Below, in pieces: positions 60,272 through 64,000 of a stretch of 64,000 nucleotides of DNA. The position numbers and the translations under genes are program-made. Positions within the stretch are counted from its first letter, which is position 1; each line of letters opens with the position of its first letter. Location of the stretch: the NCBI GenBank assembly GCA_963693365.1, contig CAVNZM010000007.1, positions 10,289,962 to 10,353,961 of the forward strand, in the 5' to 3' direction. The notes beneath the pieces were generated by a model. That model worked only from the letters and a program-made list of their open reading frames with translations. It did no database searches and had not been told where the DNA came from. Source of the DNA: Amoebidium appalachense (lineage: Eukaryota; Protista; Ichthyosporea).

Positions 60272-63050
60272 CTAGACCATTCGTGAGCGCTTTGCATTTG
60301 CATCCACTGCTGCCGCCCTCCTCTTGTTGCTGCGCAGACAGCGACTAAACTTGCCCACAGGCCCACTCTTACTGACTGGTGCCTTGGGTGGTGGGGGTGC
60401 TGGCTTGGCCCTTTTGGGTTGGCTAGATTTACCACTACTGGATGCCCTGCAATGAAAAACAGTCAGCACGGATACAACACCCCCCCCCCCTCCCCCCCCG
60501 TCAACCTTCTCACACACATACACACAGACACACAACACACAACACACACACACACGCGCGTGTACAGGGTCACCCAACACACCAAAACAAACAAGAACAC
60601 GGACACATCACACGGTTTGGTGATGCATGCACGTTGCTACGCATTCTACGGCCGCTAAATAATCGTACGAGTTGGTATCGTGGCATTGTAGTCATGGCGT
60701 CATGGGCAAAACAAAGCAGTGGATGGGGTTTGAGGTACGCGACACGGGCTTCCAAATCCCCGTTGGTGGCTGTACGTGTTTGTTCCCGGTCCATCTAATA
60801 TACCTATGTGCACGTATGTCTCAGTGTAGGTATGTGTCTGTGTTAGGGCAAGGGGGATGCTTTGAGAGGGTGGTGGTGGTGGTGGTGGTGGTGGTGGTGG
60901 TGGTGGTGGGGGTATAATGTATGCGTTAGAGGGTTGGAAATATGGAGAAGACAACAAAGAGCAACAACAAAACGTCACAAAAGTGGGAAATACAAAATCA
61001 AACTTAAGGGGATCTATTGGGTGACGTTTCCGCTCATAGTGGCGCCTATTTCCTAGTAAAGCAAATGGGTGATTGCGATCCAATAAGGCGCCGCATCCTT
61101 AATGACAAGATTATCTGCGGCCATCCGTAGTTAAATTGGCCAATGGAAAAGAGCCTTGTAATGGGGAGTAGTATAGCGTAATCACCGCGTGTGTTTTTTT
61201 GTCCCCACTACTTCAATTAGAAAAAAAAATTCGTATTGCGTCCAAAATTGCCAGAACGTCGTTTTTTGACATGCCCGAGGGCTAAATGGAAGCCTTTTTG
61301 CTTCAGCTAAATTCCAAAGTATACTTCCATATTGCCTTAGCTTAGTGTAATATACAAGTACCATCTACGGGCATGTGGAAAGAAATCGGCTTCCATTTGG
61401 CCCTCGGGCATAATAAGAAAACATTATTTATTGAGGTTGGGGGGGGGGGGGGGTCAGAGCAAATGCGCAGCTATAATCTAGGGTCTAAACCCTACTTTAC
61501 CGCTAGTACGCGTTTGGTTTACACTCCTCTGGTTCCAGGAAAGTTGCGTTTTCCCTGCTCGCGGACAATTGGTCCATTGCGCATCGGCTCGGCCATTTTT
61601 GGCCAATCACATGGGCGTTGTCCCGATTTTGGCGCCAATGTTTGTGGATTGGGCCGCCTCTGATTGGTTACTAGGACATAGATCGTTGTTGCAGCCGCCA
61701 TGCATGAACTGTCAAAAGCAGTGGAAAGGGCGCGTTTTTGCAAAGCTCCCTTACGATACATGTAAAGATACATTTTTGCAGGTTAACTGCATGTACCGCT
61801 TGGCCGGCCGTTATGCTCGGCTGTGCCGACCAGCCTTCTTTTTTTTTGAATTCAAAAACTTGTGGCGGGAAGGCGTATGTGTGGGCCACGGCGGTATAAA
61901 AACCCGCAAATACCTATGGCCTTTTCCATTGGATCATTACATTATCCACTGTTTATTGCGTCTATGGTCATGCTGTCATCGCGGCGCTGGTAAAATGGGA
62001 ATACGGTACACCAATGGAAATACTGGATCTATGCTAACCATGAAAGGTTAGTCTGGTGGCTCGTAATTCTATGATTGGATGTTCATCGACCAATCGCACA
62101 GCGGCAGACCCTCGAAAAATCACCCGATAGATCCCCTTAAAAGCAAGGTCCGTATCTACCATTTTAGCGTTTGGGCGGTGAGCCACATTGGTGACGTCAA
62201 TTTGTTAACAATTTCCACGCAGCCGTTTAGGTGCCCAGAACATGGCGCGAAAATGGCCCGGCTTTTTCAGATGTCGACATAGGCTAGTCTCGGTATTTGA
62301 CACAAATTTACGACGTCCACTGATTGGTCAGAGCCATCTGAGAAATGTGGCTCACGGATGCTCTTCGGCCGACGCTAAAATGGTAGATACGGAATTTGGT
62401 TTAAGCGTGCAGGCAGAAGACACTGGAGGGTTACCTTTTGCTGCTGCTTGTCTTGCTGGGGGCTGGTGGGGCCTCTTGATTGATCTCCTGAGAGGGGGAA
62501 ATGAGGGTTGGTGGTCGAATGTGCTGTAGCCGTAGGTGGGTGCACATGTGCTATAACCATGGGTGGGTGCGCATGTGCTATAACCATGGGTGGGTGCGCA
62601 TGTGCTATAACCATGGGTGGGTGCGCATGTGCTATAACCATGGGTGGGTGCGCATGTGCTATAACCATGGGTGGGTGCGCATGTGCTATAACCATGGGTG
62701 GGTGCGCATGTGCTATAACCATGGGTGGGTGCGCATGTGCTATAACCATGGGTGGGTGCGCATGTGCTATAACCATCCCCAGCGATTTGGCTCAACACCC
62801 AGAGCCAATAACAGTACATAGAGTGACCTCACATCCAAATGAGCCGTGCAGAACATTACACTACATAGACATACACATACATCCCCCGTCCCCCCCCCCC
62901 TCCCCCAAACCTTGAATAATTTCTCTTGTCCCCCCCCCCCCCCAAAAAAAAAAAAATAATAATAAAAAATAAGAAAAAACACACCCCGGCAAGCACTTTG
63001 CCGAAACAGCGGCCATGTCAAACATGCAGGCATGCACGTGCAGTGCACAA

Positions 63051-63100
<50 letters not shown>

Positions 63101-63291
63101 GTGCGCGCGCGCACACACACACTCACCCACCCACCTTGCACCCTGTGCACTGCCACTGTTTTGTGTCTTCGTCCAGCCCCAGGCACTCTGCATGTCCCCC
63201 CTCACCACAGCCCAAACACAGCACCAAATCTCCCCCCGTATTGCACTTCTTGCATGTCTGCCGGGGCATGTGTGAGTCCCTGGAACCCGCT

Positions 63292-63346
<55 letters not shown>

Positions 63347-63785
63347 CCCCAAAACCACCGGCACCCCAAAAAAGTCCCAAAAATAAATAAATAAAGAAAA
63401 CAACAATAACACCAACAATCTCGTCCTCTCCACTGGTGCATCTCGAAGGCAACACACGGTTTCCGACGTTGAGCACGCACCAAGAACACACCTCATACAT
63501 AACCAAGGTCTCAACACATCACCACCATGTGCCGGTTCTAGTGCAATCAGGGGTGTTTCAGTTGTACCGTGGGATGCTTGGTTTTAGTGCAGGAAGGTTT
63601 TGGTTGTACCGTGCAGTGCATGGTTTTAGTGCAATGAGGGGTTTTAGCTGTACCGTGCAGTGCTGGCACGTCCACTGGTCCCTGGCCTGTGGGGTCTTTG
63701 CACAGTCACTGTGCACCATGGCATGGCACTTGTTGCAGCGCAGCAGCCCCGTCCTGCCTGTGTTCTTACCGCACTGCTGGCAGGT
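60272..63785 (-). CDS. Tandem (double) PHD-finger protein, 3' portion; continues beyond the right edge
   Basis: Exons 63654-63785 TCQQC..LLRCNKC..VHSDC..WTCQHC; 63135-63257 TCKKC..LVLCLGC..GHAEC..WQCTGCK (two C4HC3 fingers); 62435-62487; 60272-60446 basic tail ending TAG; all GT-AG and phase-consistent. Confidence 0.85.
61008..62136. mobile_element. Non-autonomous TTAA-flanked DNA transposon (Kolobok-like)
   Basis: TTAA|ggggatctattgggtga ... tcacccgatagatcccc|TTAA; purine-starting TIRs with a TTAA TSD fit Kolobok better than piggyBac (CCY-starting). Confidence 0.8.
62141..62400. mobile_element. Second TTAA-flanked MITE abutting the first
   Basis: TTAA|aagcaaggtccgtatctaccattttagcgt ... acgctaaaatggtagatacggaatttggt|TTAA. 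Confidence 0.75.
62535..62776. repeat. Intronic minisatellite, 27-bp unit, ~9 copies
   Basis: gggtgggtgcgcatgtgctataaccat. Confidence 0.95.
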
Positions 63786-64000
63786 CTGCACGGCGATCAA
63801 GTCAGTCCTTCATATAACCATATATGCTCAAACACAACCTTCCCCCTCCTCCCCTCCCGGCTGTCTTCACACCTTCAAACACATAAAGACATGCTGCCGC
63901 CAACTTACTACACATTACACACCTTCCCCACTAAAACACACAGGCAACCACGCAACCTCCATCTTACCACATCTCCAAACACACACACACACACACACAC

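Overview
Eukaryotic, intron-rich DNA loaded with (GT/CA)n and poly-G/C runs; a unicellular holozoan or other opisthokont-type genome is my inference from the Diaphanous-type formin. Nearly all listed ORFs are low-complexity artefacts. Reading splice sites by hand gives three multi-exon minus-strand genes: (1) a Diaphanous-related formin (GBD/FH3-FH1-FH2, ~36 exons, ATG 24304, runs off the left edge); (2) a secreted, possibly membrane-anchored GH88 unsaturated glucuronyl hydrolase (ATG 44753, ~15 exons); (3) the 3' part of a tandem-PHD-finger gene (stop 60272). Also present: an intronless ORF with a PIF/Harbinger/ISL2EU-type transposase HTH but no DDE domain, a decayed LINE reverse transcriptase, a CACTATG-ended MITE, two abutting TTAA-flanked MITEs, a poly(A) retroposon with a 14-bp TSD, and several intronic minisatellites. 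The most unusual signal is a family of six intronic, co-oriented, variably 5'-truncated repeats that share one 3' end abutting a poly-C/G run; the two longest copies carry a covarying pseudoknotted RNA fold. All structures and alignments were done by eye; no searches were run.
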